Source of the DNA: Macrostomum lignano
Taxonomy: Eukaryota
DNA length: 64,000 nt
Assembly (NCBI GenBank): GCA_002269645.1
Contig: NIVC01000028.1
Span: 323,873 to 387,872 of the forward strand
Direction of reading: 5' to 3'
Shown here: positions 47,738-60,336 of the stretch, piece by piece
Numbering within the stretch: the stretch's first letter is position 1
Layout: every line of letters starts with the position of its first letter
The notes under the pieces: generated by a model
Database searches by the model: none
What the model was told of the DNA's origin: nothing
Seen by the model: only the letters and a program-made list of their open reading frames with translations
Made by a program: the position numbers and the translations under genes

Positions 47738-49873
47738 GGCTGCAAGCTCAGTCCGTCAGTCGCAGGTGTCTCAGCTCAGCCAGAGAGTCCGGCAGGGCAG
47801 CGGCCGCCTCTGCAGCAGATTTTATTGGCCCTGGAGCAGCTGCAGCGAATTCCTTCTCACCCTGCCTTTCTGCCTCTCCTATTGGCTCTGAGGGAACAGC
47901 AGAACTGCTGCAATGTCGGTGCGTGGCTACTTGAAGCAGTCAGTGTGCGACTGCGGCTTTTCTTGCTAAATTGGTGCAGTTCAAACGCAAAATCAGATTC
48001 AGGTCAGTGCAAACACTAACAGCTTGAGCGCATCATTGTTCATTAAGTGTTCTGCTCAGCCTAAACTACAAGACTCGGACGGCTACTCGACATTAGTCAG
48101 GGAGTGCTTGCACAAGCTAACAGCTGCTACTTCTGCTCAAAATGTCTCACTGACAAAAAGTGCTGCAGTTCGCAACTGCACTGGCTGGAAACTCCACGAG
48201 TTCGAAAATATGAAATCTCAGTGCTGCTACTCGGTGAGGTTGTGAAAGTTGTGGTAAATTTATTCTCCCGCAGTTTTTAGGCAGAAATGGCATTGAGGCT
48301 CTTCTGGAGCGTACGTAATAGCTGCTGACATAAAGATTGTCAGAGCTGCCCTGGAAAGATGTCTGGGAAGAGTGGAAACTGGAAATTTCAGAGAAGAGAG
48401 GCAGAAAATAGTTTCTGAAGAGGCATTGACATAAACATAAGTGTTGGAATTGAAGATGGCCTTTTAGTTCAATTCCAAAGAGCCGTCAACGGCTGACTTG
48501 GTTATGGCAATGCAATACGTACAGCGTATTTGCGAGCGCGAGTTACTAGGAAAATAAACTATAATTAATGTGCATGCAGTACTTATAAGCCCACAGCGAA
48601 ACCGGTGCGTACCATGGTATTATCCTTTTGCCTCTTCCCATCAAGCAAACAACACTAAGCATGAATGCACACAAAGAGCCATAAACGTAAAAAAACAAAT
48701 ATAGAGGTGCATATAAAGTTCTATGCAATTATTTAGAATATCCGATTTCTGGAAAGGCGAGGGAAAAAGTCAACAATGCACTTTTGTGAAATATTCTGGA
48801 ATGCTCAGTGCGGGGTACCTCAGTTTCTGTGGGAGAGCAGTTGAGGCTGCGGCTGAGCGACCCGAGTTGCTGCCGAAACTCTCGAAGGCTTGCCGAATTG
48901 CAGACAGATCTACTTTGCCAAATGAAGTTGGTATTCTTGCACTGAGTTAGCCGAATGGAGTGATTTTGAGCGGAAATTCCATATATATTGCTTTAAGTAG
49001 CCACTGTTACCACAATAACGAATTCGCGGAGAAGCAAACGAACAATTTCTGGCTCTGAGCAGTGGACCTGTTCACAACTGAGCAGCATGTTTTGCTCCTC
49101 CTGGATCGAAATTCAAGCAACATTCCTGGAAAGCAACTTTTTGATTGGCTGGAACATGAACATGACCCCCTGAGCATTTCTCAACTCCTATGCTGACTGC
49201 ACGTGGATCAGCCATAGGGGAGGCAATTCAGTGGGGAATGTCCTTAACCGCGAGTGAATAATTTCTACCCATGGCGGCCGAAGGCCTGCGCTCTCCCAAT
49301 TTGGCACGTTTCGTTAGTAAGGTGCTGTTCGGTAAAGTCCCGGACAGTGAGCATCACCTTCGGATAGTAAATAAGGTATTTTTAGACTCCAACTCCAAGT
49401 TGGCTCTCAAATAAACCTCCCAAGAGTTTCTGGATCATCTAGCTACCGGAAAGCCTATTGGTATGTCCTTCAGGATAATCTAGAAAATGGCAACATTATC
49501 CGCTCCTGTATTTTCCCCAGCGACCATTGATAAAGCAATTGATCAACCCACTGCGAAAATGCAGGAAACAATTACCGAAGTTGTCCCAGATCGTGAACTC
49601 AGGGAGCAGCTGCCTCCTGATAGTATCTGTAAAACCAAACATAGAAGAAAACTCTACAAAACTTATAAGACCAGTATGGATAATTTCAGAGTTCTGACTG
49701 AACAACTTCTAAGGCGCTCTATTCAGGGTGCAGCGTTGCGAAAAATTTGAAGACTTTTGTAAAAGTCGCTAAAACCAGTTACAGAATGAAACCCCGGATG
49801 CTGGGTCGATATAAAAAAGATGCTGAGCGAGTCCCTCGAACTCATCTCCTTCCCCACCCTCAGTTACAAGGGA

Positions 49874-51100
49874 ACCTCAGCTGAGGCTGCAGAGGAGACT
49901 GCATGCCTGTTTCAAGATTTCCATGAAGCTCAGCTGAGGCTGAAGAGGAGACTGCATACCTGTTTCAAGATTTGCATGAACCTCAGCTGAGGCTGCAGAG
50001 GAGACTGCATGCCTGTTTCAAGATTTGCATGAAGCTCAGCTGAGGCTGAAGAGGAGACTGCATGCCTGTTTCAAGATTTGCATGAAGCTCAGCTAAGGCT
50101 GAAGAGGAGACTGCATACCTGTTTCAAGATTTGCATGAAGCTCAGCTGAGGCTGAACAGGAGACTGCATGCCTGTTTCAAGATTTGCATGAAGCTCAGCT
50201 GAGGCTGAAGAGGAGACTGCATGCCTGTTTCAAGATTTGCATGAAGCTCAGCTGAGGCTGAAGAGGAGACTGCATGCCTGTTTCAAGATTTGCATGAAGC
50301 TCAGCTGAGGCTGAAGAGGAGACTGCATGCCTGTTTCAAGATTTGCATGAAGCTCAGCTGAGGCTGAAGAGGAGACTGCATGCCTGTTTCAAGATTTGCA
50401 TGAACCTCAGCTGAGGCTGAAGAGGAGACTGCATGCCTGTTTCAAGATTTGCATGAAGCTCAGCTGAGGCTGAAGAGGAGACTGCATGCCTGTTTCAAGA
50501 TTTGCATGAAGCTCAGCTGAGGCTGAAGAGGAGACTGCATGCCTGTTTCAAGATTTGCATAAAGCTCAGCTGAGGCTGAAGAGGAGACTGCATGCCTGTT
50601 TCAAGATTTGCATGAAGCTCAGCTGAGGCTGAAGAGGAGACTGCATACCTGTTTCAAGATTTGCATGAACCTCAGCTGAGGCTGCAGAGGAGACTGCATG
50701 CCTGTTTCAAGATTTGCATGAAGCTCAGCTGAGGCTGAAGAGGAGACTGCATGCCTGTTTCAAGATTTGCATGAAGCTCAGCTGAGGCTGAAGAGGAGAC
50801 TGCATGCCTGTTTCAAGATTTGCATGAAGCTCAGCTGAGGCTGAAGAGGAGACTGAATGCCTGTTTCAAGATTTGCATGAAGCTCAGCTGAGGCTGAAGA
50901 GGAGACTGCATGCCTGTTTCAAGATTCCCATAAAGCTCAGCTCAGGCTGAAGAGGAGACTGCATGCCTGTTTCAAGATTTGCATGAAGCTCAGCTGAGGC
51001 TGAAGAGGAGACTGCATGCCTGTTTCAAGATTTGCATGAAGCTCAGCTGAGGCTGAAGAGGAGACTGCATGCCTGTTTCAAGATTTGCATGAAGCTCAGA
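49874..51100. repeat. 53-bp minisatellite (~23 copies)
   Basis: CTCAGCTGAGGCTGAAGAGGAGACTGCATGCCTGTTTCAAGATTTGCATGAAG. Confidence 0.95.
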
Positions 51101-51762
51101 TGCAGCCTCACCCAGCAGGGATTCCAAGCTCTATCAGGAAATCAAGGACATGAATTGAGTCCGAATAAATATTTTGCATTCATGCTAGCATTATCAGAGC
51201 CCCTCTCTTATCACCGAGACAGGCTGACCCTGATGACCCCGACAGAGAGGGCACTGAGTCAGATATACTCAATATTATTGACGCAGATATACTCATATTA
51301 ATGGAAATTAGAAAGCTATTGTTCTAGAGCTTGGGCTCAGCCCCCGACTCCATCAAAATAATGGCTCTGAAAATTCGAAAATTGTAAATCGTTTTTACCA
51401 CCAGCATTGAATTTACGAGTACAAAAAAATTTTAAGCGTAAGAATAAAATGAAATGAAATGAAAATGAGCAGTTTGCGTGTATTTTGATCCCAGGGTGCG
51501 CAAATTTACAGTTTCCTCCACAACTACTTAACAAATACTAAAAATAGCAAGTAAAGAATTTTCCTCAACATGCTTACTTTGCAGTAGAAGCTCGTATATA
51601 TTTATGAAATCATTAGCTACCATAAAGCCCCGTGCGTTAAGGCTCTTCTGAAGTCTCCCAGGATCTCCACGAATGCCTCAGAATCCCACTGTCAGCTTTC
51701 AGGTGCCCTGCAGTCTCTTAAACTCTACTCAGGTGTTCTAAATCGTCCTCAGTGCTGAGAGA

Positions 51763-53420
51763 TTTGATAATCTCAGTGAACAGAGACTGAATAATCTCAG
51801 TGAACAGAGACTGGATAATCTCAGTGAACAGAGACTGGATAATCTCAGTGAACAGAGACTGGATAATCTCAGTAAATAGAGACTGGATAATCTCAGTGAA
51901 CAGAGACTGGATAATCTCACTGAATAGAGACTGGATAATCTCAGTGAACAGAGACTGGATAATCTCAGTGAATAGAGACTGGATAATCTCAGTGAACAGA
52001 GACTGGATAATCTCAGTGAATAGAGACTGGATAATCTCAGTGAATAGAGACTGGATAATCTCAGTGAGCAGAGACTGGATAATCTCAGTGAATAGAGACT
52101 GGATAATCTCAGTGAACAGAGACTGGATAATCTCAGTGAATAGAGACTGGATAATCTCAGTGAATAGAGGCTGGATAATCTCAGTGAATAGAGACTGGAT
52201 AATCTCAGTGAACAGAGACTGGATAATCTCAGTGAATAGAGACTGGATAATCTCAGTGAATAGAGGCTGGATAATCTCAGCGAACAGAGACTGGATAATC
52301 TCAGTGAATAGAGACTGGATAATCTCAGTGAACAGAGACTGGAGAATCTCAGTGAACAGAGACTGGATAATCTCACTGAATAGAGACTGGATAATCTCAG
52401 TGAGCAGAGACTGGATAATCTCAGTGAATAGAGACTGGATAATCTCAGTGAATAGATACTGGATAATCTCAGTGAATAGAGACTGGATAATCTCAGTGAA
52501 TAGATACTGGATAATCTCAGTGAATAGAGACTGGATAATCTCAGTGAATAGAGACTGGATAATCTCAGTGAACAGAGACTAGATAATCTCAGTGAATAGA
52601 GACTGGATAATCTCAGTGAATAGAGACTGGGTAATCTCAGTGAATAGAGACTGGATAATCTCAGTGAACAGAGACTGGATAATCTCAGTGAATAGAGACT
52701 GGATAATCTCAGTGAACAGAGACTGGATAATCTCAGTGAACAGAGGCTGGATAATCTCAGTGAATAGAGACTGGATAATCTCAGTGAATAGAGACTGGAT
52801 AATCTCAGTGAATAGAGACTGGATAATCTCAGTGAACAGAGACTGGATAATCTCAGTGAATAGAGACTGGATAATCTCAGTGAATAGAGACTGGATAATC
52901 TCAGTGAGCAGAGACTGGATAATCTCAGTGAATAGAGACTGGATAATCTCAGTGAATAGATACTGGATAATCTCAGTGAATAGAGACTGGATAATCTCAG
53001 TGAATAGATACTGGATAATCTCAGTGAATAGAGACTGGATAATCTCAGTGAATAGAGACTGGATAATCTCAGTGAACAGAGACTAGATAATCTCAGTGAA
53101 TAGAGACTGGATAATCTCAGTGAATAGAGACTGGATAATCTCAGTGAATAGAGACTGGATAATCTCAGTGAACAGAGACTGGATAATCTCAGTGAACAGA
53201 GGCTGGATAATCTCAGTGAATAGAGACTGGATAATCTCAGTGAATAGAGACTGGATAATCTCAGTGAACAGAGACTGGATAATCTCAGTGAACAGAGGCT
53301 GGATAATCTCAGTGAATAGAGACTGGATAATCTCAGTGAATAGAGACTGGATAATGTCAGTGAATAGAGACTGGATAATCTCAGTGAATAGAGACTGGAT
53401 AATCTCAGTGAACAGAGACT
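51763..53420. repeat. 24-bp minisatellite (~69 copies)
   Basis: ATAATCTCAGTGAATAGAGACTGG. Confidence 0.96.
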
Positions 53421-54254
53421 TGAAGTTGGAAGTTGAATCAAAACGCCAAATATATTACTCCTGAGGTGAAAAATAAAAAAAGTAGTAGTTTTAATAGCAT
53501 TTGAAATTTGCGCAGGACTATATAATAATATAAACGTATCTGTGGATACACTTATTTACAGCAATATTAATGTGACTGGAGGTAAGCTAAGACTAAATTG
53601 AACATCTAACAGTAAACATTAAACAATTACATTAGATTTTGATACTAAGCAGATAAAAAGCAGTTGGCGTCACAAGCAGCTCAATAAGCAATTACAGTTG
53701 AGCAAATTGGGCAGCAACAGGTTACAAAATGCTCATCAGCCTCATCATTAGACATCCTACATTTGGGGGGGGGGAGACGTCGCACCTTCGGTTGATCTGC
53801 CGAAGCAGGGCTTCTGTTGGAAACTCTGCACTTCTTGCTGTCGCTCGCATTGCTGCTGGTTGAGCTCCGCACCTGTGGTGAGGCCTCATGCGAGAGTGCA
53901 GAGTCGAGAGAGATGATGGCCGCTCTTCTGTGTGCTCACGGCTGTGCAGCTCAGAAGCTGCAGCAGCTTTTGCTGCCATTTTGACATGTTTATGGCAATG
54001 CACTTGAGCACTACTCACGAATCGCTTCACCCCAGGAGTAGCATGTGATTAATATATTTTGTTGCATGTTTTGATCGATTCAGCATTCTGTGCTTTGAGC
54101 AGCTGGAGTTGCCGGCTGGCTGAGCATCGCTGCGCTGCTCACGACTGCTCGGCCTCTGCAGCGACTCAGAAATGCCGCCTCCTCTCGACTCTTCCGCTTC
54201 TCTCGGGTCCTGCATGGTTCTTAGCGATCTCAGCCACTGCGGTGACAGGGGAGC

Positions 54255-54455
54255 CAGCCAATTCACCAATCCAGCCAATTCACCAATCCAGTCCATTCAC
54301 CAATCCAGCCCATTCACTAAGCCAGTCCATTCACCAATCCAGCCCATTCACCAATCCAGCCCATTCACCAATCCAGCCCATTCACCAATCCAGCCCATTC
54401 ACCAATCAAGCCCATTCACCAATCCAGCCCATTCACCAATCCAGCCCATATGCCA
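54255..54455. repeat. 17-bp tandem repeat
   Basis: CAGCCCATTCACCAATC. Confidence 0.9.
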
Positions 54456-54483
54456 GCCAATGCAGTGAGAATTAGCGCACTCG

Positions 54484-55322
54484 TGTGTCAGCAGCAGTGA
54501 CTACTCAGTGTCCCCATGCAGATCGTGAGCTTTGATGTGTCAGCAGCAGTGACTACTCAGTGTCCCCATGCAAATCGTGAGCTTTGATGTGTCAGCAGCA
54601 GTGACTACTCAGTGTCCCCATGCAAATCGTGAGCTTTGATGTGTCAGCAGCAGTGACTACTCAGTGTCCCCATGCAAATCGTGAGCTTTGATGTGTCAGC
54701 AGCAGTGACTACTCAGTGTCCCCATGCAAATCGTGAGCTTTGATGTGTCAGCAGCAGTGACTACTCAGTGTCCCCATGCAAATCGTGAGCTTTGATGTGT
54801 CAGCAGCAGTGACTACTCAGTGTCCTCATGCAAATCGTGAGCTGTGATGTGTCAGCAGCAGTGACTACTCAGTGTCCCCATGCAAATCGTGAGCTGTGAT
54901 GTGTCAGCAGCAGTGACTACTCAGTGTCCCCATGCAAATCGTGAGCTGTGATGTGTCAGCAGCAGTGACTACTCAGTGTCCCCATGCAAATCGTGAGCTG
55001 TGATGTGTCAGCAGCAGTGACTACTCAGTGTCCTCATGCAAATCGTGACCTGTGATGTGTCAGCAGCAGTGACTACTCAGTGTCCCCATGCTAATCGTGA
55101 GCTGTGATGTGTCAGCAGCAGTGACTACTCAGTGTCCCCATGCAAATCGTGAGCTGTGATGTGTCAGCAGCAGTGACTACTCAGTGTCCCCATGCAAATC
55201 GTGAGCTGTGATGTGTCAGCAGCAGTGACTACTCAGTGTCCCCATGCAAATCGTGAGCTGTGATATGTCAGCAGCAGTGACTACTCAGTGTCCCCATGCA
55301 AATCGTGAGCTGTGATGTGTCA
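54484..55322. repeat. 52-bp minisatellite (~16 copies)
   Basis: TGTGTCAGCAGCAGTGACTACTCAGTGTCCCCATGCAAATCGTGAGCTGTGA. Confidence 0.95.
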
Positions 55323-56050
55323 GTAGTATTAACGGTCGTGATTTTCTAATCATTAGAAAATTTAAATTCTGGCAATGATCTGTGCACCAGAAACTACATC
55401 ATGTCGAATTGAACCCCGCAGCTTGCCATCTGAGTAGAAGGCATGAGGGGGCTTCTAGGACAAAATTTTTCACGTCCTCCATAATCCCATTAAATCCATC
55501 CATATTATCCCCGACAGAATCAGAAAAAAAGGGGGGTCGCACTCGCTCACAAAACGTCCTCCATAATCCCATTAAATCCATCCATATTATCCCCGACAGA
55601 ATCATGAAAAAGTGGAGGGGTCGCACTTGCTCCGAAAACTTCGAACATAATCGTATTAAATCCATCCATATTATCCCCGACAGAATCAGAAAAAAAGGGG
55701 GGTCGCACTCGCTCACAAAACGTCCTCCATAATCCCATTAAATCCATCCATATTATCCCCGACAGAATCATGAAAAAGTGGAGGGGTCGCACTTGCTCCG
55801 AAAACTTCGAACATAATCGTATTAAATCCATCCATATTATCCCTGACAGAATCAGTGCATAACAGATGTCCACTAACACCTGTTATGTTCATTGACACCG
55901 ACATCCACCCATAGCATCTTCGAAACAATCAGAAATAATCTGAATTCTTCTCCCCACATTCAATTCGCAACATGAAACCAGATCCCTAAGACTTTAAATC
56001 ATCAGCGCAGGGTCCTTACCCTTTAAAAAAAATCTAAATTTTTAATAAAA

Positions 56051-56290
56051 ATGTTTCCAGTTGTCTCTCTAGGTTCCTATTATACTCAGCCTCATCCATT
56101 GTACAAATCCAAGTACCAATGCAAACTTGAATGCAGCGAGTACATGAGAAAATATTGGCCCGGCATTGAGATCAATGTCCCTAATATTAATCTAGCTCTC
56201 CAAAGACACTGGTTTCATAAGTATGAAGTAACCTATGTAAAAGATTATGACAGCTACTATAACTTTGCAGAAATCATTAAGCAATTGTGA
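56051..56290 (+). CDS. Small Polinton ORF of unknown function (79 aa); a 5' fragment is repeated at 38022-38165 in the deleted element
   Basis: A-rich ATG context; nucleotide homology between the two elements. Confidence 0.55.
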   Translation: MFPVVSLGSYYTQPHPLYKSKYQCKLECSEYMRKYWPGIEINVPNINLALQRHWFHKYEVTYVKDYDSYYNFAEIIKQL

Positions 56291-56294
56291 TTTC

Positions 56295-57152
56295 TTACAT
56301 TCTCTCAATGATCAACGTCAATACAAACTCTTCACCGTTGAAATCAACACCCATCCCATCTTCAGTCTCAAACTGTAGCACAATCTCGTGAATCTCCTTA
56401 TTACTCAATACAACTCTTTTCACTGGATTTGGTTTCTCTACCACCATCTGTCCTCCAGCAACAGAGTTGGAGATGTTGTACATAATATTCGTTCGCTTTC
56501 CCTTAAATACCCAATCAAGACTGAGATTAGTTCTGATTAGAATATTCAAACCCTTTACAATGTCTGCAATATTGGGTGCTAAGAACAAGCCGCTTACATT
56601 TTCCCGGGCCATGCTAACGGCCCCCGACGTTTGAGTGGCGATCCGCGCCGCGGATTCTGCCTTATAAACTTTCTTCTCGAATCCCTATTCCCTATACCAA
56701 GTGTCATCTTTTAACTCAACCTCCGCATCTTTGTGAACTTGCATGACCACTCTCATTACAGTGAGATCATAGGCTAGTTTGACAGGGAACAGTTCTGGCT
56801 TAATCAGATCAGGTTTCTCAAAATGGCCTCTTTTAGTAAAGACGTTTTCTAGAAAGTAATTGTAGGTATCCACAATTTGCGTGCTCACAGGGAATACCAC
56901 AGGTTCTGTTGCTGCACCTTTCCATTTGTAATAAAACTTATTATTTGCTGCCGTCACATTGGGAACGTTTGACCAACCAGTGAAGTCGTTAAGATAGACA
57001 TGGTAATTAGCACCTGGATCCAGGCTAATCGCCTGCTCTAATTTTTGAACAAATATCCCGTTTGAGTCATTAATTCGCCCAGTTATTGTAATAGGAATGC
57101 TCTCCTTGGAGTGCGAAATAATATTATTTAGTCTTTCAGCAATCGCTTCCAT
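56295..57152 (-). pseudogene. Minor capsid (penton-like) protein interrupted by a single in-frame TAG at 56685-56687
   Basis: The two ORFs are in the same frame (WYRE*GFEKKVY). Adjacent to the major capsid gene; the C-terminal DFNGEEFVLTLII is typical of single jelly-roll pentons. Product assignment rests on position and motif resemblance. Confidence 0.72.
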
Positions 57153-57176
57153 TTTTTTTCACCCACAAAAAAATAT

Positions 57177-58463
57177 TTAAACTTTACTGGATGAATTGTT
57201 GATCATGTTAAGCTTCACCTTCCTCTCAAATGCATAGACAATGTACAGGTCCACGGGTGTTGCGGTAGTCCTCTCAATGTTAGTCACGATATTCACAGGG
57301 CTGTTATCAGTAGGCATTTGTCTGGCAGACACATCAGCGCCAAACATCGGATATAGAGTTCCATATTGAAGAGCAGTGATAGCAATTCCATTGTTCTCTT
57401 TCACAGCCAAGTCGACTAACTCGCTGTAAAATTTGCTAATCTTGTTCTGACTGAAATCTCCATTTTGTGGCAGTGCAGGGTAAAGATTATCACTAATTTC
57501 ATGCTGAATGGACCGCACGTCTCCATGCATGTAGCGTATAATGCTATTTGGGTTTCTCATGTTAATAATGATATACCTTGGATTGCTGCATGATCCCTCT
57601 TTAATGCAGATGTTTGTTCTAGTTTCGTTTCGCTCATCTCGACACATGTAGGCCGTGTATGCAACATCAATGTCCTTCTCTATTGCCTTGAGATAATCAG
57701 CTTTTAGTGCAGTCTTTGGCTCAATGATTTCCAAATACAGCTCGATTCCGGTTAGCTTCACCTCCATCCCAGTGTGGTCCGCCCCAGTCCACAACACTCT
57801 ACTGCGATCATCTCTAGTCAGTCTAAATGTGTAGCTAAAGTTACTAGTCAGTCGATTAAATGTATTACAGAATCCACTCATGAATCTCAATGGTACAAAT
57901 ACATCAACAGACCGATACTGCGGGTTCTTAGCAGCATCATCTGCACCTTGCAATGCATAGTTGTATCTCTTCTTCCTATTTTTATAACCACTGTCATTGA
58001 TATCTCCTTCTTTTTCATCTGCGATAAAACCCGCACCACTTCCCAATTGAATAAAATCAGGATTCTCAATCAAACAATGAGCGTCATAGACAATTCCAAA
58101 GTTGGCGATTCGCTCCAACTCTGTGCTCCCATTCGATACACTAAACTCCTTGAACATGTACGCCCAAAAGTTGCTGATCAGAGCCACATCCGCATCATGC
58201 TTGTCAACGTTAGCACGAGCCGCATCCGCACCACCCTTTGTCTTGAATTGAAATGTCATATGGAATCCGCTCTTAAGACTGTGCACACTAACCAAAGACG
58301 AACATCCATTGTATGTAAATGTCAGTGTTTGACCAGGACCAAGATTAGTTTCATTCTGATTTTCCTGACTGGGAACTCTTACCTGAGTCGCTTTGATTGT
58401 GCTATCATCACTCAAAATAGGCTTGTTAATTTTGTAGAAAACTGGTGTCAGTGGGTCGTTCAT
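57177..58463 (-). CDS. Major capsid protein (double jelly-roll, hexon-like), 428 aa
   Basis: Size, position next to the penton, and the motif VFVPLRFMSGFC..FNRL resembling Polinton major capsid proteins. Confidence 0.8.
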   Translation of the reverse strand: MNDPLTPVFYKINKPILSDDSTIKATQVRVPSQENQNETNLGPGQTLTFTYNGCSSLVSVHSLKSGFHMTFQFKTKGGADAARANVDKHDADVALISNFWAYMFKEFSVSNGSTELERIANFGIVYDAHCLIENPDFIQLGSGAGFIADEKEGDINDSGYKNRKKRYNYALQGADDAAKNPQYRSVDVFVPLRFMSGFCNTFNRLTSNFSYTFRLTRDDRSRVLWTGADHTGMEVKLTGIELYLEIIEPKTALKADYLKAIEKDIDVAYTAYMCRDERNETRTNICIKEGSCSNPRYIIINMRNPNSIIRYMHGDVRSIQHEISDNLYPALPQNGDFSQNKISKFYSELVDLAVKENNGIAITALQYGTLYPMFGADVSARQMPTDNSPVNIVTNIERTTATPVDLYIVYAFERKVKLNMINNSSSKV

Positions 58464-58493
58464 TTTTTAACTAAAAATAAAATAAAATAAGAA

Positions 58494-59725
58494 ATGAAGC
58501 GGAAAAGTACACAGCAGATATCTGAATTGGAGAAGCTAGCACAAGCAGAGAAACGAGTTACCGGGCTAATAAATAAGGAGCAACAATCCTACAATGAGTT
58601 TGTCCAAGCAGCCACAGAGTTTCATAAACCCGGGTATGGAGAAGCTAAGAAAAATATTGATCAGGTCAAAGAAACTATCGACGACATACAGGAAACCCAG
58701 GTGCAAAAGGCTTTGGGCAAAATTCCAGAAGCACCACAGATACAGCCGCAACCACAGACACAACCGCAACCACAACAATCACAACAACAATCACAACCAC
58801 AACAGCAACTAAAAGTGACAGATAATATTTTTGGACCAGTAGAGCGTGTAGAACATGATGGGAAATATGTATTTGGAATAAGTATGTGGAGAAGAAACAT
58901 TTATAATGAACCAGTGGAATATTATATCGACATAAATAAGGAAAATATTTCTGTTGTCAAAGGCTCAGAAACTATGAAAATTCCTTTCACAGACACCTTA
59001 CTGACTTTTATGACCAAGAACCAAGAGAAAATCTCGAGAAGCAGCTAAAGAACTACAGAAATCTAGTGACTTTTTCTCTTGTTAGAGATATAGAAATACT
59101 AAAGGTCCCAGAAGTTCTGAAACACATGTACGATAGCGGTGTCAACCTGACTAAATTCAAAAAGTACAAGCACTTTAAACAATGGTTCGATTTGCCAGAT
59201 CAGGCGGAAGTCATAAAATATCTAGAACAACAACAGCAACAACAACCACAACCACAGCAACAACCACAACCACAGCAACAACATTTCACAGAAGTACTCA
59301 GGCAACTGGAAAATGCAGATCCGACTCAAGTAGCTAAATATAAAAATGATCACCCAGATGCCTGGCAACACTTAGAACAACACTCTCCAGATCGAATGAA
59401 CAGAATCAAGCAAAGAGTTTTCACACCTCAACAAAGACAGGCACCACATGACAGTTCCATCTCTGAAAGTGAGCAGTCTTTTGCATCACCTCCCCAGCAG
59501 CTACAAGCCCAACCAACTCCACAACCCCAAGACCAACCGCCCTCAACTGGAAAAGGAATTTCTGAAATCTACAAGCGAGTAGCGGTTCTTCTAGGAGCAG
59601 CAAAGACCGGAATGAAAGATGAAAATAGAAAAGAATTTGTCAACATCCTGGACAAAATGCTTGAGAGAAAATATATCGATAAAAGAGCAAGAGAGCTTCT
59701 GCTTTCGCGATTCAACAAAAAATAA
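58494..59725 (+). CDS. Q/P-rich Polinton protein, probably one gene split by a frameshift near 59030 (ORFs 58494-59048 and 59066-59725)
   Basis: Overlapping open frames around an A-run. C-terminal VLLGAAKTG..EFVNILDKMLERKYI helical motif. Confidence 0.55.
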
Positions 59726-59741
59726 ATTTCTATTTAAAAAG

Positions 59742-60122
59742 ATGCCAATTATTTTCGAAAAAGACATTGACAAATACTACGACAAAGAGGAACTTAATCT
59801 CATTAAACGCGGATCTGGACTTTTCCCTGCAGGCCACTATCCAAGAAAAGAACGCTCTGGGAATGGCCTTGCCGATTTGATCGCTCAGGGGGCCAAGATT
59901 TTTAAGGTCATTGGAGAGAACAAAGAGAACATCAAGAACGTTGCCGAAGCGGCTGGCAGTGTAGTCACAGCAGCCAAGAAGATTAAAGATACGGTTAATG
60001 AAACCCGGAAATCAATACCAGATATTCAACCCCTTGCACCGAGTGCAGATAGTGTCGATCCAGCCATCTACGCAAAGATGAGAGCTGAATATAAGAAAGG
60101 AGGCGGTTTTAAATTTGACTAA
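59742..60122 (+). CDS. Small virion protein with GxG sites and an amphipathic helix (candidate protein-VI-like membrane-lytic peptide)
   Basis: RGSG / SGNG followed by LADLIAQGAKIFKVIGENK; ATG at 59742. Confidence 0.5.
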   Translation: MPIIFEKDIDKYYDKEELNLIKRGSGLFPAGHYPRKERSGNGLADLIAQGAKIFKVIGENKENIKNVAEAAGSVVTAAKKIKDTVNETRKSIPDIQPLAPSADSVDPAIYAKMRAEYKKGGGFKFD

Positions 60123-60336
60123 GTGCACCCTGACGGTAAAAGAGGTGTGAGGGTGTAGGACTAGTCGGATGTAGGACTAGTAGAAAAAAGACACACACAA
60201 CCCGAAAAAAAGACACACACATCCCGCAAAGAGACACACACATCCCGCAAAGAGACACACACATACACATCCCGAAAAAAGACACACGCGTCTTAAATAC
60301 ACAAGTTTAAAAAGAAAAAGTTTTTTTACATAAAAA

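Noticed and set aside
51738-53464. 567-aa SLRLSSLY and NRDWIISV ORFs
   Set aside because: A 24-bp repeat with stop-free frames; no unique sequence or splice context.
49874-55322. Possible CRISPR arrays
   Set aside because: Head-to-tail repeats with no unique spacers, no cas genes, and a eukaryotic context. The same applies to 29527-31890.
57774-58490. 238-aa + strand ORF overlapping the capsid gene
   Set aside because: Antisense shadow of the major capsid ORF, with no motifs.
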